Positions 1-9,455 of a stretch of 64,000 nucleotides of DNA are shown in pieces. The stretch is from an uncultured Acidobacteriota bacterium (lineage in GTDB: Bacteria; Acidobacteriota; UBA6911): positions 47,434-111,433 of the forward strand of contig CAVRAD010000001.1 of assembly GCA_963718845.1 (NCBI GenBank), written 5' to 3'. The position numbers were made by a program, and so were the translations under genes. The notes below the pieces were generated by a model that saw nothing but the letters and a program-made list of their open reading frames with translations, was not told the DNA's origin and searched no databases. How positions within the stretch are numbered: the stretch's first letter is position 1; the number at the start of each line of letters is the position of its first letter.

Positions 1-1
1 G

Positions 2-148
2 CCTGCTTTCGCCGAGAACAATCAGCAAGCGATGGTGTTCGATACGACGCCCAGCGCCAGGCCTGTGCCTAATCTGGATAAGCTGAAAGCATTTGATGCT
101 TATATCTCCTGGCGCAGGGAAGAGGCGAAGAAAAACGGCGGGCAGTAG
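2..148 (+). CDS. 3' end of an unidentified CDS entering from upstream of the window
   Basis: Frame 2 is open from base 2 to TAG at 146-148 (...NLDKLKAFDAYISWRREEAKKNGGQ*). No recognisable domain. Confidence 0.25.
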   Translation, partial: PAFAENNQQAMVFDTTPSARPVPNLDKLKAFDAYISWRREEAKKNGGQ

Positions 149-259
149 GCAATCGACAGGGATTTGATTTTGAATGCCAGTGTAGTGCGTCGTAGGTCCT
201 TTGACAGCCGTACGCCGATAAATAGCCAGGAATGAGCTAACTCGTCAGGTCAAGCCGAA

Positions 260-1255
260 ATGTGTGCTGAAAGGATAAGCGAAGTTGCGCCGGGTATTTT
301 CAAAATTACCATTCAGATACCAATCCCTGAAGTCGGATCCATGAATTCGTATGTGATTTTGGATGGCAGCCGGAATCTCATCGTCGATCCGGGGATGGCT
401 CATACTGACTGCTACGAAATAATGGAGAAGGCGATCGGAGACCTCGGCTTGGACCTGGGACGCACCGATTTCTTCATCACACATCACCATCTCGATCATT
501 TTAGCGCTGTTTCCAGATTTCTTAGCGGGACATCCTGTATCTATATAAGCAAGCCCGAAGCCGAATTCATTGGGCGAATTGCCTCGGGAGAGGCCGAAAC
601 GGAGATTGCAGTCTTCCTTGAGCGGATGGGTTTCCCGGAGAACAATTCGCAATTTATATTTTCTCAGTTCTTCAGCGATGAATACAGGCAACGACGTTCC
701 TGGCCCTTTCGCTGCATCGCCGATGGTGATTTCATTATGCGAGGCAGCCACACCTTCACCTGCCTGGTAGCCCCCGGCCACAGCATCGCTCACAGCTGTC
801 TCAATGAATCGAATAGCGGTGTTCTAATGGCGGGGGACCAGGTTACCGCGGGCATCCAGTTTCTGCTGGATCGGGCCAACCCCTTAGCCGACCACTTTCA
901 GAGCCTTACTCGAATTAGGGAGATGGATCTGAAGCTTTTGCTTCCTGGCCACGGTTCCCCGTTCAGCGACTACAGGAAAAGAATCGATACCCTGCGAGCT
1001 CACCACCAGCGGAGGTTGGATGCCACTTGCGCCGCTCTAGGGGACGATGGGAAAGATGCCTATGCGATGACCCTTGCGCTGGATGGGCTGCTTTTGGATC
1101 GGGATCCCCTCGATACGTTGACGCCCATCAGGAGGTTCATCCATACAAGGCACACTTTTGCCTACCTTCAGCACCTCACGGCCCAGGGAAGGGCAAGAAG
1201 AGAACATCACCACGAACGGGTCCTCTTTTTTCATGCCAACCATTGTAGATCTTAA
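260..1255 (+). CDS. MBL-fold metallo-hydrolase
   Basis: 331-aa ORF with the HxHxDH zinc motif (FFITHHHLDHFSAV) and downstream His/Asp ligand motifs (APGHSIAH, LPGHGSPF). Confidence 0.8.
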   Translation: MCAERISEVAPGIFKITIQIPIPEVGSMNSYVILDGSRNLIVDPGMAHTDCYEIMEKAIGDLGLDLGRTDFFITHHHLDHFSAVSRFLSGTSCIYISKPEAEFIGRIASGEAETEIAVFLERMGFPENNSQFIFSQFFSDEYRQRRSWPFRCIADGDFIMRGSHTFTCLVAPGHSIAHSCLNESNSGVLMAGDQVTAGIQFLLDRANPLADHFQSLTRIREMDLKLLLPGHGSPFSDYRKRIDTLRAHHQRRLDATCAALGDDGKDAYAMTLALDGLLLDRDPLDTLTPIRRFIHTRHTFAYLQHLTAQGRARREHHHERVLFFHANHCRS

Positions 1256-1433
1256 AACTATTATATTAGTTCCAAATTCAACGGAAATCTGATAGTACTT
1301 CCTATAGAAAAAAAGTGTATTAACCGTTTTAGCCGCGATGGGTATTTGATGCAATTCTGAGCGGGAGGCCGCTGATTTAGCCTATCCGCTTCTCATACAT
1401 TTGTTGCGACAGTGTGCCTTCTACAATGAGGAG

Positions 1434-3779
1434 ATGAAGATGAAGCCATCCCGCTCTATGGGTCTGTTGCTCGGAGGGACGTTAGCTCTGAGCGTGTTTT
1501 CGACAGGCTGGTCTGCGGATGATCCTTTGCCCCGCGCCGATGGGGGTGCCAAGGGAAAGATCTCGCCCAAACCCGAAGAGTCGGTTCCGTCCTGGCCGGA
1601 ATCCGCAAAGGCCACGGCCGGTGCGCCCAATGTAGTCCTGATTCTGCTGGATGATGTGGCGTTTGGCGATACCAGTCTCATGGGGGGAATGGCTCAGACC
1701 CCCGTCATCGAGAAGCTCGCAGCCCAGGGCTTGCTCTACAACCGTTTCCACGTGTGTCCCCTGAGCTCGCCTACGCGAGCGTCATTACTGACCGGGCGGA
1801 ATCCCCATCAGGTTGGCTTTGGCAACATTCCCGAAATCGCGGCAAGTTTTCCCGGATACACCTCCGTGTTGCCCAAATCGGCGGCGTCTATAGCCGAGGT
1901 GTTGAAACAGAATGGGTACAGCACGGCCGCTTTTGGCAAATGGCACAACACTCCCGTTTGGGAGGTCAGTCCCACTGGCCCCTTTGATCGCTGGCCGACC
2001 GGCCAGGGATTCGAATACTTCTATGGATTTATGGGAGGCGCCACCAGCCAGTGGCAGCCTAGGCTTTACCGAAATACTATTGCGGTAGAGCCGCCGGCTG
2101 CGCCGCAACAGGGTTATCACCTCACTACGGATTTAGCCAACGAGGCCATCCGCTGGCTCCATCAGCATGAAGCGACTGCCATGGACAAGCCCTTCTTTCT
2201 CTATTTCGCCACCGGCGCCGCGCATGCCCCACTTCACGTGGCGAAGGAGTGGATTGAGAATTACCGGGGCAAGTTCGATCAAGGGTGGGACAAGCTGCGC
2301 GAGGAGACCTTCGCCCGGCAGAAGAAGCTCGGCGTCATTCCCGCGGACACCAAACTCACGCCCCGCCCGTCCGGAATGCCTGCCTGGTTCCTCCTCCGCT
2401 CCGAGCAGAAGAAGTTGATGGCGCGCCAGGCCGAGGTCTACGCGGGCTTCCTGGAGCAAACCGACTATGAGGTTGGCCGCGTTCTGCAAGCTATCAAAGA
2501 TGCGGGAAAGAGCGATAATACCCTTGTCCTCTATATCGTGGGTGACAACGGCGGCTCCGGCGATGGCACGCTGGACGGCTTCGAATACGGCGGCCCCTAT
2601 GGCCAAACGGCCAGTGTGGCGACACGCCTGCAACACGCCGACAAGTTCGGCAGCGAATTATTTGTCAACGCGTACTCTGCCGCCTGGGCCTGGGGCATGA
2701 ACTCTCCCTTGCAGTGGATGAAACAAGTGGCATCCCACCTCGGCGGCACTCGCGATCCACTGGTAGTCTCCTGGCCGGCACGCATCAAAGCCAAGGGCGA
2801 AATACGCAGCCAGTTCGCTCATGTGGTCGACATAGCTCCCACCATCTACGAACTGGCCGGCATTCGCTTCCCGGACGCGGTCAGCGGAGTGAAGCAGATT
2901 CCGCTGGAGGGAAAGAGTATGGCCGATACCTTCGATAATCCGCTGGCGCCCGATGTCAGAACGTTGCAGTACTTCGAAATGCTGGGCAGTCGCGGCATTT
3001 ATAAAGATGGCTGGTGGGCTGGCGTGCGTAATCGGCTGCCGTGGAATCCGACCCGTCTGTTTGATGGATTAGACGAGTATCCCTGGGAACTCTATGACCT
3101 GACCAAGGACTACAGCCAAGCTGAGAATCTGGTGGCCAAGTATCCGGAAAAACTCAAAGAGATGCAGGACGCTTTTGACAGCGAAGCCCGGCGAAACCAG
3201 GTCTATCCGTTGGCGCCCGCGTGGAACGTAAACCGTCCATCACCCATAAGTGGCAAGAACACGATCACCTACTACTCAGGAGTCAACCGGATCGCAGGCG
3301 GAGTTGCTCCCGACTTGAATGGCCGGATGCGGAAGGTTGTTGCCGTTCTGAACCTGCCGGGTGCGCGAACGGAAGGGGTAATTCTCGCCAATGGAGGACG
3401 CTGGAAAGGATTCAGTATATATGTAAAGGACGGTCATCTCGTCTGCGAGAGCGATGGCTTCAGCCCCAACCACCAGAAGATTGTTTCTTCCGAAGCGCTG
3501 CCTGCGGGCAGGGTGGAGGTTGTTTTCGAAGTCGAGAAGGGAGCCTTGAGCCCTCAGGATCCGATCGGTCCCTTCGATAACTCGGGGGATATCGGACGCC
3601 TTGGGCGCCTCTTTATCAACGGCAAACTGAACGGAGAGGCTCAGTTCAAGAGCTTCGGTTCCCTGGGATGGGAGACGCTGGACATCGGCAGCGATACCGG
3701 CACCCCGGTTAGCGACGCGTATTCTGTGCCCTTTGCATTTACCGGCCAGATTGAGAAAGTGACCGTGGAGCTGCAATAA
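1434..3779 (+). CDS. Arylsulfatase, apparently Ser-type (S-x-P-x-R in place of C-x-P-x-R), secreted
   Basis: About 780 aa. N-terminal signal peptide (MKMKPSRSMGLLLGGTLALSVFS). Sulfatase core NVVLILLDDVAFGD and signature SSPTRASLLTGRN. ATG at 1434 or 1440 follows GAGGAG. Confidence 0.85.
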   Translation: MKMKPSRSMGLLLGGTLALSVFSTGWSADDPLPRADGGAKGKISPKPEESVPSWPESAKATAGAPNVVLILLDDVAFGDTSLMGGMAQTPVIEKLAAQGLLYNRFHVCPLSSPTRASLLTGRNPHQVGFGNIPEIAASFPGYTSVLPKSAASIAEVLKQNGYSTAAFGKWHNTPVWEVSPTGPFDRWPTGQGFEYFYGFMGGATSQWQPRLYRNTIAVEPPAAPQQGYHLTTDLANEAIRWLHQHEATAMDKPFFLYFATGAAHAPLHVAKEWIENYRGKFDQGWDKLREETFARQKKLGVIPADTKLTPRPSGMPAWFLLRSEQKKLMARQAEVYAGFLEQTDYEVGRVLQAIKDAGKSDNTLVLYIVGDNGGSGDGTLDGFEYGGPYGQTASVATRLQHADKFGSELFVNAYSAAWAWGMNSPLQWMKQVASHLGGTRDPLVVSWPARIKAKGEIRSQFAHVVDIAPTIYELAGIRFPDAVSGVKQIPLEGKSMADTFDNPLAPDVRTLQYFEMLGSRGIYKDGWWAGVRNRLPWNPTRLFDGLDEYPWELYDLTKDYSQAENLVAKYPEKLKEMQDAFDSEARRNQVYPLAPAWNVNRPSPISGKNTITYYSGVNRIAGGVAPDLNGRMRKVVAVLNLPGARTEGVILANGGRWKGFSIYVKDGHLVCESDGFSPNHQKIVSSEALPAGRVEVVFEVEKGALSPQDPIGPFDNSGDIGRLGRLFINGKLNGEAQFKSFGSLGWETLDIGSDTGTPVSDAYSVPFAFTGQIEKVTVELQ

Positions 3780-3810
3780 GAGACTTCGGTTGGTGGGATG
3801 AGATTGATGT

Positions 3811-3975
3811 TGAAGCAAAAAAAAGCTTGCCACGAATTACACAAATTTCACAAATAAGATTGAAGCAGTTATGGACAGTGCGCAGTGCTGCCGCCCATAG
3901 CACGTATTCGTGGAATTCGCGCAATTCGTGGCAAGCTTTTGTCTTTAATAGGCAAAGATCTGTTACGCACTACAC
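3811..3975. repeat. About 165-bp intergenic repeat element, copy 1 (second copy at 53318-53480), with internal inverted repeat aaaagcttgccacgaatt / aattcgtggcaagctttt
   Basis: Direct by-eye alignment of the two loci in the same orientation. Shared core is ttatggacag.gcg.ag.gc.gccgcccata...attcgtggcaagcttttgtcttt...ctgtta.gcactacact. Confidence 0.75.
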
Positions 3976-4129
3976 TGGATGGCTTCTCAGTTACGAATAG
4001 GTATTGTTCAACGGTTTCAGTTTTGGGACTATTATGCCTCTTTGAGATTTCGGATTCCGGATTTTGGTTTCGATTGCGAAAAGTGAAATATTTTTTTTGT
4101 CTGTAGGGCAAGAATTAGGACTTTAAAAA

Positions 4130-5218
4130 ATGCAAATGACAATTGCGGTTTTGGAAGGTGACGGGATCGGTCCGGAAATTGTTGCTGAATCCATAAAAGT
4201 CTTGAAAGCGGTCGAAAAAAAGTACGGACATAAATTTGAACTGATATACGCGCCCTTTGGTGCAGAAGCCTACTTTTCCGAAGGATCTCCTTTTCCTGAA
4301 AAGACCGTAGAAATATGCGACCGGGCAGATGCGATTATTAAGGGCCCGGTGGGCCTTGCCGTTGATAAAATGAGTCAAATCCCGCAAAACATGCGTCCGG
4401 AACTCGGCGCCATTCTTCCCCTGCGCAAACGATATGACACTTTCGCCAATTACAGGCCCGTTCGGTTGCCCAAGGCATTGGCGTCTTTTTCTCCTCTAAA
4501 AGAAAGCCTGATTGGCGAGGGACTCGACATTTTAATGATTCGCGAACTGGTGGGAGGCATTTATTTCGGGGAGAAAACAGAAGGCAGCCAGACGGGAATG
4601 AAATACGCCGAAGACGACTGTAAATATACCGACGAACAGGTAAGACGTGTGGCGGTCGTCGCTTTTGAAGAGGCTCGCAAACGGAAAGATCCCCTGATCA
4701 ACATCCATAAGGCCAACGTGCTGGCGACCTCGCGTTTCTGGCGGGAAGTGGTGGAGGATGTGGGGAAGTCCTATCCGGATGTGGAATACCGCTCCATGCT
4801 TGTGGACAATGCGGCATTCCAATTAGTGAAGAATCCGACCCAGTTTAACGGGGTTGTCCTGCTAGAAAATATGCAGGGGGACATACTAACCGATGAAGCC
4901 GGAGGCGTTCTCGGATCCCTTGGGTTGATGCCTTCTGCCTGTATTGGGCCTCAAAAGGGATATGTAGAGGCAGCCCATGGCTCGGCCCCGGATATCGCGA
5001 ATCAGAATAAAGCCAATCCATATTCCATGATCGGCAGTGTGGCGTTCTTATTCGAGAAATGCATGAATCTTCATCAGGAATCGGAAGATATCTGGAATGC
5101 CCTATTCGGGGTTTTTGAGAAGGGCTATCGTACTTCGGAACTGGCAGCGCCTGACTGCGACAAATCAATGATCCTATCCACCAGGGAATTCGGCGACCTT
5201 GTGGTGGATATGATTTAG
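4130..5218 (+). CDS. Isocitrate/3-isopropylmalate dehydrogenase family enzyme (LeuB- or tartrate-dehydrogenase-like)
   Basis: 362 aa. N-terminus IAVLEGDGIGPEIV and later LVDNAAFQLV, GDILTDEAGGVLGSLGL and AAHGSAPDIA are typical of the beta-decarboxylating dehydrogenase family. Confidence 0.85.
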   Translation: MQMTIAVLEGDGIGPEIVAESIKVLKAVEKKYGHKFELIYAPFGAEAYFSEGSPFPEKTVEICDRADAIIKGPVGLAVDKMSQIPQNMRPELGAILPLRKRYDTFANYRPVRLPKALASFSPLKESLIGEGLDILMIRELVGGIYFGEKTEGSQTGMKYAEDDCKYTDEQVRRVAVVAFEEARKRKDPLINIHKANVLATSRFWREVVEDVGKSYPDVEYRSMLVDNAAFQLVKNPTQFNGVVLLENMQGDILTDEAGGVLGSLGLMPSACIGPQKGYVEAAHGSAPDIANQNKANPYSMIGSVAFLFEKCMNLHQESEDIWNALFGVFEKGYRTSELAAPDCDKSMILSTREFGDLVVDMI

Positions 5219-5567
5219 CTTGAAGCCTGCCAAACCGGCAATAACGAGAAGCGTAAAATGCCTTTTTGAGAATAAGTTGTTTTGCTATTAATCCTTTCGT
5301 AGTATGATCGCTGTAATTTGAGACCAAAGGCTAGAGGTCGCGATTATGGATGAGTCCTACATTGATAGGCTTAGAGCAAAAAAAATTCTAAGATACCGCA
5401 TTCGGCGGATGTGCTTTCAAATCATCTCAATCATTGCGATTTTATCAGCCGGATATATCGGCTGGGCTTCGCGCGCGCTTGTTGCTTCATCCCTTAGCAT
5501 GGTGAAGCAACAAATCTCTTCCCTCAGCCTATAATCGTATCCTAAAATTTCAGACTTCTTGCTAAGG

Positions 5568-5727
5568 CCCTGGGAGCGCCGGCGTCCCTCCCAATGCCGC
5601 ATATTTTTTGCGCCCAGAGGGCGCTTTCGGAGTGCGGCAGCTTGCTGCCGCTTTTGACAACGGCCCAATGTGCCTGTTTTTCAAGGGTTCGCCTGAAAGC
5701 GGCAGCGAGCTGCCGCACTCCGAAGGC
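5568..5727. repeat. REP-like palindromic element (family with core ggagtgcggcag..tgctgccgcttt); right arm truncated
   Basis: Inverted arms ggagtgcggcagcttgctgccgcttt / aaagcggcagcgagctgccgcactcc. The left flank is colinear with the element at 60119-60332. Confidence 0.7.
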
Positions 5728-5861
5728 TAAAATTCCCATTTAATTATCGGTAATTTGTAGTATAAGCACTCCGGCCTGTTGTCGTGGACAGGCGGAGGTC
5801 GCCGATTTTCAGGTGATAGTAGAAAGATAGCATCCTATCAAAGAACTAGAGAGGGAAGTGC

Positions 5862-7166
5862 ATGCCAGTTGTCGCTACCGTGGAGCCGGATTTCTCGGCG
5901 CGTAAGTTAAAAATTGCCGGCATCTGCCTGATGGGGCAGCTATTTGGCAGCAGCATGCTGCTCATCGGTCCGCTGTCGATGCTGATGCTGCCGGTGATCA
6001 AAGAGTTTGGTTGGAGCCGATTGCAGTTTTCTTTCTCGACTTCTGCCGTCATGTGGGCCGGCGCGCTTGCCTCGCCTATATTGGGCCGCCTCATCGATCG
6101 CCGGGGCGTACGTCCCGTGATCCTGGCCGGAACCGGCGCATTGGGCCTGCTCAGCCTGGCACTAGCGCATCAAACGGCCAGCCTTTGGATCTTCTATCTG
6201 CTTTACGCCCTGGTAGGTTTCTTCGGCGCGATTGCAATCGGCTATGGCAAGATCATAGGATCGCTGTTTACGCAGCACCGCGGCAAAGCGATGGCCCTTA
6301 TCACTGTCTGCTCTTCCATCATCGCCTCGATCTTTCCGCAGATCTCGAACCAGTTGCTCATGGCTTTCGGCTGGCGTGGTATTTTCACCGGCTACGGCAT
6401 TGTCATCCTGGCAACCGGTGTTCTCCTCTACTTTTTTTTAGAGGAACCGGGCGGTACATTCGCATCAACTGTGCCCATGCGTTCGGCGGCAGAGAAGGAC
6501 GATGGCCAGCCGGCAATCGTGCCAACGAAGATGGAAGGCCTGACGGTCGCCGAAGCCCTGCGCGGCAGAACCCTCTGGATTATGATGGGAAGTGGCGTGG
6601 TTGCAGGGATTTTGGGTGCCGGTTGGACGCAGCATTCGTGGGCTTTCCAACTCAGCCGGGGGTTCAGTTCGCAGGCGGCAGCCAACGCTATGAGCGTATC
6701 CTTGCTCATCGCTCAAATAGCCACCATGCTTGGCGGCTGGCTGTTGGACAAAGTGCCAACGGCAAAAATCAAGGCTCCGTTTATTCTGTTAGCCGCCCTG
6801 AGCATCTATCTCCAGAGCATCGTTTGGGCGAACTATGGAGGCATGCCCCTGTTGTTTGTCGCGGTTACCTTGAGTACCATGGCTGTTAATGCGCAGATGC
6901 CGATGCTCGCCTACTTTTACACCCGCTTCTTTGGGATGAAGGCCTACGGTGAGATTGCCGGCATCAATATGGCTGTTCTTTATGTAGTCGCGGGTTTCTC
7001 CACGCCCCTGGTCGGCAATCTGTTTGACCGCACGGGATCCTATGATCTGGCCATGGTCGGCATGATCGTGGGCTATGTGCTTTCCGCCCTGTTGTATCTG
7101 ACCATCGGCCGCTACCGCTACACGACCGATTTCAAAGTTATGGCTGTGCCGGAAAAGGCGGCTTAG
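5862..7166 (+). CDS. MFS transporter
   Basis: 434 aa, about 12 hydrophobic segments, MFS loop motif GRLIDRRGVRP between TM2 and TM3. Confidence 0.8.
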   Translation: MPVVATVEPDFSARKLKIAGICLMGQLFGSSMLLIGPLSMLMLPVIKEFGWSRLQFSFSTSAVMWAGALASPILGRLIDRRGVRPVILAGTGALGLLSLALAHQTASLWIFYLLYALVGFFGAIAIGYGKIIGSLFTQHRGKAMALITVCSSIIASIFPQISNQLLMAFGWRGIFTGYGIVILATGVLLYFFLEEPGGTFASTVPMRSAAEKDDGQPAIVPTKMEGLTVAEALRGRTLWIMMGSGVVAGILGAGWTQHSWAFQLSRGFSSQAAANAMSVSLLIAQIATMLGGWLLDKVPTAKIKAPFILLAALSIYLQSIVWANYGGMPLLFVAVTLSTMAVNAQMPMLAYFYTRFFGMKAYGEIAGINMAVLYVVAGFSTPLVGNLFDRTGSYDLAMVGMIVGYVLSALLYLTIGRYRYTTDFKVMAVPEKAA

Positions 7167-7401
7167 CCAAATTCCTTCAAAAACACTCCGGGATAATCGC
7201 TTAATAGCATCCGATTAAAATTGTCACATAGGTGTGCTCAAATTTCCGAGACTTGTGTTAACGTGGAATAGCAGACAGAGTTGCGTATTGCTGCTCCGGC
7301 GCGGCTTATTCTTAATGGAGGTGCCGCGGAGCTGAAGTTAAAGCTCGGAACACGTCGGTGCAAAAAATGATGTCGACATGACTTTTTGAGAGGAGATTTT
7401 C

Positions 7402-8077
7402 ATGAGTTCTAATGAAACCAGCGACAAGGGCGAAACCAGAAGGGCCTTTTTTCAGGACGTGACAGCCGGCGCTGCCGGCGTTGCGATTCGCAGGCGCTTT
7501 GGCCCAGTTGGGCGTTCCAATCGTATCGGCTGCCCAGGATGCAAAAGCCCCGGAAGCCAAGAAAGCCGAATCGAAATTTTTTAGAAATCCGCCACCGTGG
7601 CCCACGGGGACCATTGGCAACAAATATGACCATCTATTCAGCACCAAGCTCAGAGAAAATTCCATGGTGCCGGATATAGTTCCGGGTCCTCAAGCCTATT
7701 TTCGGGGCGAAAGCGATCTTCCCGGAGCAAAAATCAACATGGGCTGGCAGATATTTGTGAAGCCATACAGGCTGGAAATGGAATCGCATCACCACGATAC
7801 CGATGAATATCTGTTCTTCCTGGGTTCAACGTTTCCGGATCTCGTGGGCTCCTTCGATGCGGAAATTGAGTACTTTATTGGCAAAGAGTATGAAAAGAAA
7901 ACCATAACCCAGGCTACGGTTCTCTATATACCCGCGGGACTGGAACATAACCCTTGTGACATCAAGAGAGTCGGCAAACCATTGTTCTTCAGCGCGCTTG
8001 CGCTGGCGCCCTATTTTAACGGAGTCTACCAGTCGATGGGCTACAGCGAATTCAGAAGCGGTGTGAAAATTAAGTAA
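7402..8077 (+). CDS. Cupin-domain protein with Tat signal; apparent frameshift near 7483 inside the signal peptide
   Basis: ORF 7402 encodes MSSNETSDKGETRRAFFQDVTAGAAGVA (twin-arginine). ORF 7481 in the next frame continues FAGALAQLGVPIVSAAQDA and carries the cupin motif HHHDTDEYLFFLG...AGLEHNP. Confidence 0.55.
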
Positions 8078-8085
8078 TTAAGTTC

Positions 8086-8277
8086 AGATTCCAGATTCCG
8101 ATTCCGGTTTCCGCGAGTCCGATTCCTGATTCCTGATTCCTGATTCCTGAATCAGGAATCAGCTATCAGATGTCATTAGTCGGGAATCTAAATCCGGAAT
8201 CTCGGAATCAGGAATCAAGAAAAAGCCTATTAAACTGACTCCACGGCCATATCGAATCGGAATCAGGAATCAGGAAT
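8086..8277. repeat. Tandem-heptamer hairpin: GATTCCT-type units followed by inverted AGGAATC units
   Basis: gattcctgattcctgattcctgattcctga|atcaggaatcag at 8121-8162, degenerate units on both sides, and an extra ggaatcaggaatcaggaat block at 8253-8277. Lies between the stop at 8077 and the start at 8295. Confidence 0.8.
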
Positions 8278-8294
8278 TATTTATCGGAGACTTC

Positions 8295-9428
8295 ATGGAA
8301 AACTATTCATCGCGCAGAAAGTTTCTGCAGGCGGGGCTGGTTCTGCCTGCCGCTGGCTTTGTGGCTGCGTACCATCCGGATGTTTTCAGTCAGGCGCCTG
8401 CTGGCGTAGCCTACCGAACGCTTGGCAAAACCGGATTGAAAGTGTCCAGCGTCGGCTCCGGCGTAGGCGTCATGCCCGATCCCGACGTTATTACTCGAGC
8501 CATTGACCTGGGTGTCAATTACTTCGACACCGCCCGTGGCTATGGCGAAGGCAAAAGCGAACAGATCACGGGCGCTGCGATCAAAGGGAAGAGAGACAAG
8601 GTTGTACTGGCCAGCAAGACGGATGCAAGAACCAAGGCAGACGTTTTCAAGGACATGGACGCGAGCCTGAAAGCTCTGGGCACGGACCACCTCGATATCT
8701 GGCATCTGCATTCCAGAGACACGCCAGACACAATTACCGATGAGGCGGTGGAAGCCTGTGAGATGCTTAAGAAACAGGGAAAAACCCGCTTCATCGGCGT
8801 CAGCGCGCATGACATTAATGCGGTGGTGGATACGATCCTCAAGATTGGCAAGTTCGATGTCGTGCAGACAACATATAGCTATGCCATCGGTGCGCCTTTC
8901 CGCAGTGGAGCCATATCCAGGCTGCATAATGCGGGAATTGGCGTTGTGGCAATGAAAGTGATTATTGCGGTGGCCGGATTTGTTCCCAGAGAAATCAAGC
9001 TTCCTAACGAGGGACCGCTGGCGGCCATCAAATGGGTCCTGTTGAATCCCGCGATATCAACTACCGTTCCCTATGCAAAAAACATAGCGGAGCTTGAAAT
9101 GAACGTCCGGGCGATGAAGGAGCCTTACACTGCCCAGGATGAAAAAATGCTGTATGTGAGAAACCAGGAGATCCGCCCGCTTTATTGTCGGATGTGCTAT
9201 GAATGCAAAGGTCAGTGCCCGAACGGTGTGCCCGTTACCGACGAATTGCGTTTCCTGGCCTATCATGACTTTGGAGGCAACCTCAATCAGGCTCAAGCAA
9301 ACTTCAAACTTCTGCCGAAGGACATACGGGATGTGCGGTGCAGTGATTGCTCATCCTGCTCTATCGTTTGTCCCAACGGAGTTCGTGTTCGCAGCCGCCT
9401 GATTAAAGCCCAGAGCCTCTTGGCTTAA
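8295..9428 (+). CDS. Tat-exported aldo/keto reductase with C-terminal Cys-rich (4Fe-4S-like) extension
   Basis: 377 aa. SRRKFLQAGLVLPAAG twin-arginine signal. AKR core (YRTLGKTGLKVS, NYFDTARGYGEG, DIWHLHS). C-terminal CRMCYECKGQCP ... CSDCSSCSIVCP. Confidence 0.85.
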   Translation: MENYSSRRKFLQAGLVLPAAGFVAAYHPDVFSQAPAGVAYRTLGKTGLKVSSVGSGVGVMPDPDVITRAIDLGVNYFDTARGYGEGKSEQITGAAIKGKRDKVVLASKTDARTKADVFKDMDASLKALGTDHLDIWHLHSRDTPDTITDEAVEACEMLKKQGKTRFIGVSAHDINAVVDTILKIGKFDVVQTTYSYAIGAPFRSGAISRLHNAGIGVVAMKVIIAVAGFVPREIKLPNEGPLAAIKWVLLNPAISTTVPYAKNIAELEMNVRAMKEPYTAQDEKMLYVRNQEIRPLYCRMCYECKGQCPNGVPVTDELRFLAYHDFGGNLNQAQANFKLLPKDIRDVRCSDCSSCSIVCPNGVRVRSRLIKAQSLLA

Positions 9429-9455
9429 GCCTGAACTATTTATTTCATAGGATAC

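Noticed and set aside
8086-8277. Possible CRISPR array, from the repeated short units at 8086-8277 and 35164-35292.
   Set aside because: The units are 7 nt and directly abutting with no spacers. They are mirrored by inverted copies. No cas genes are present in the window.
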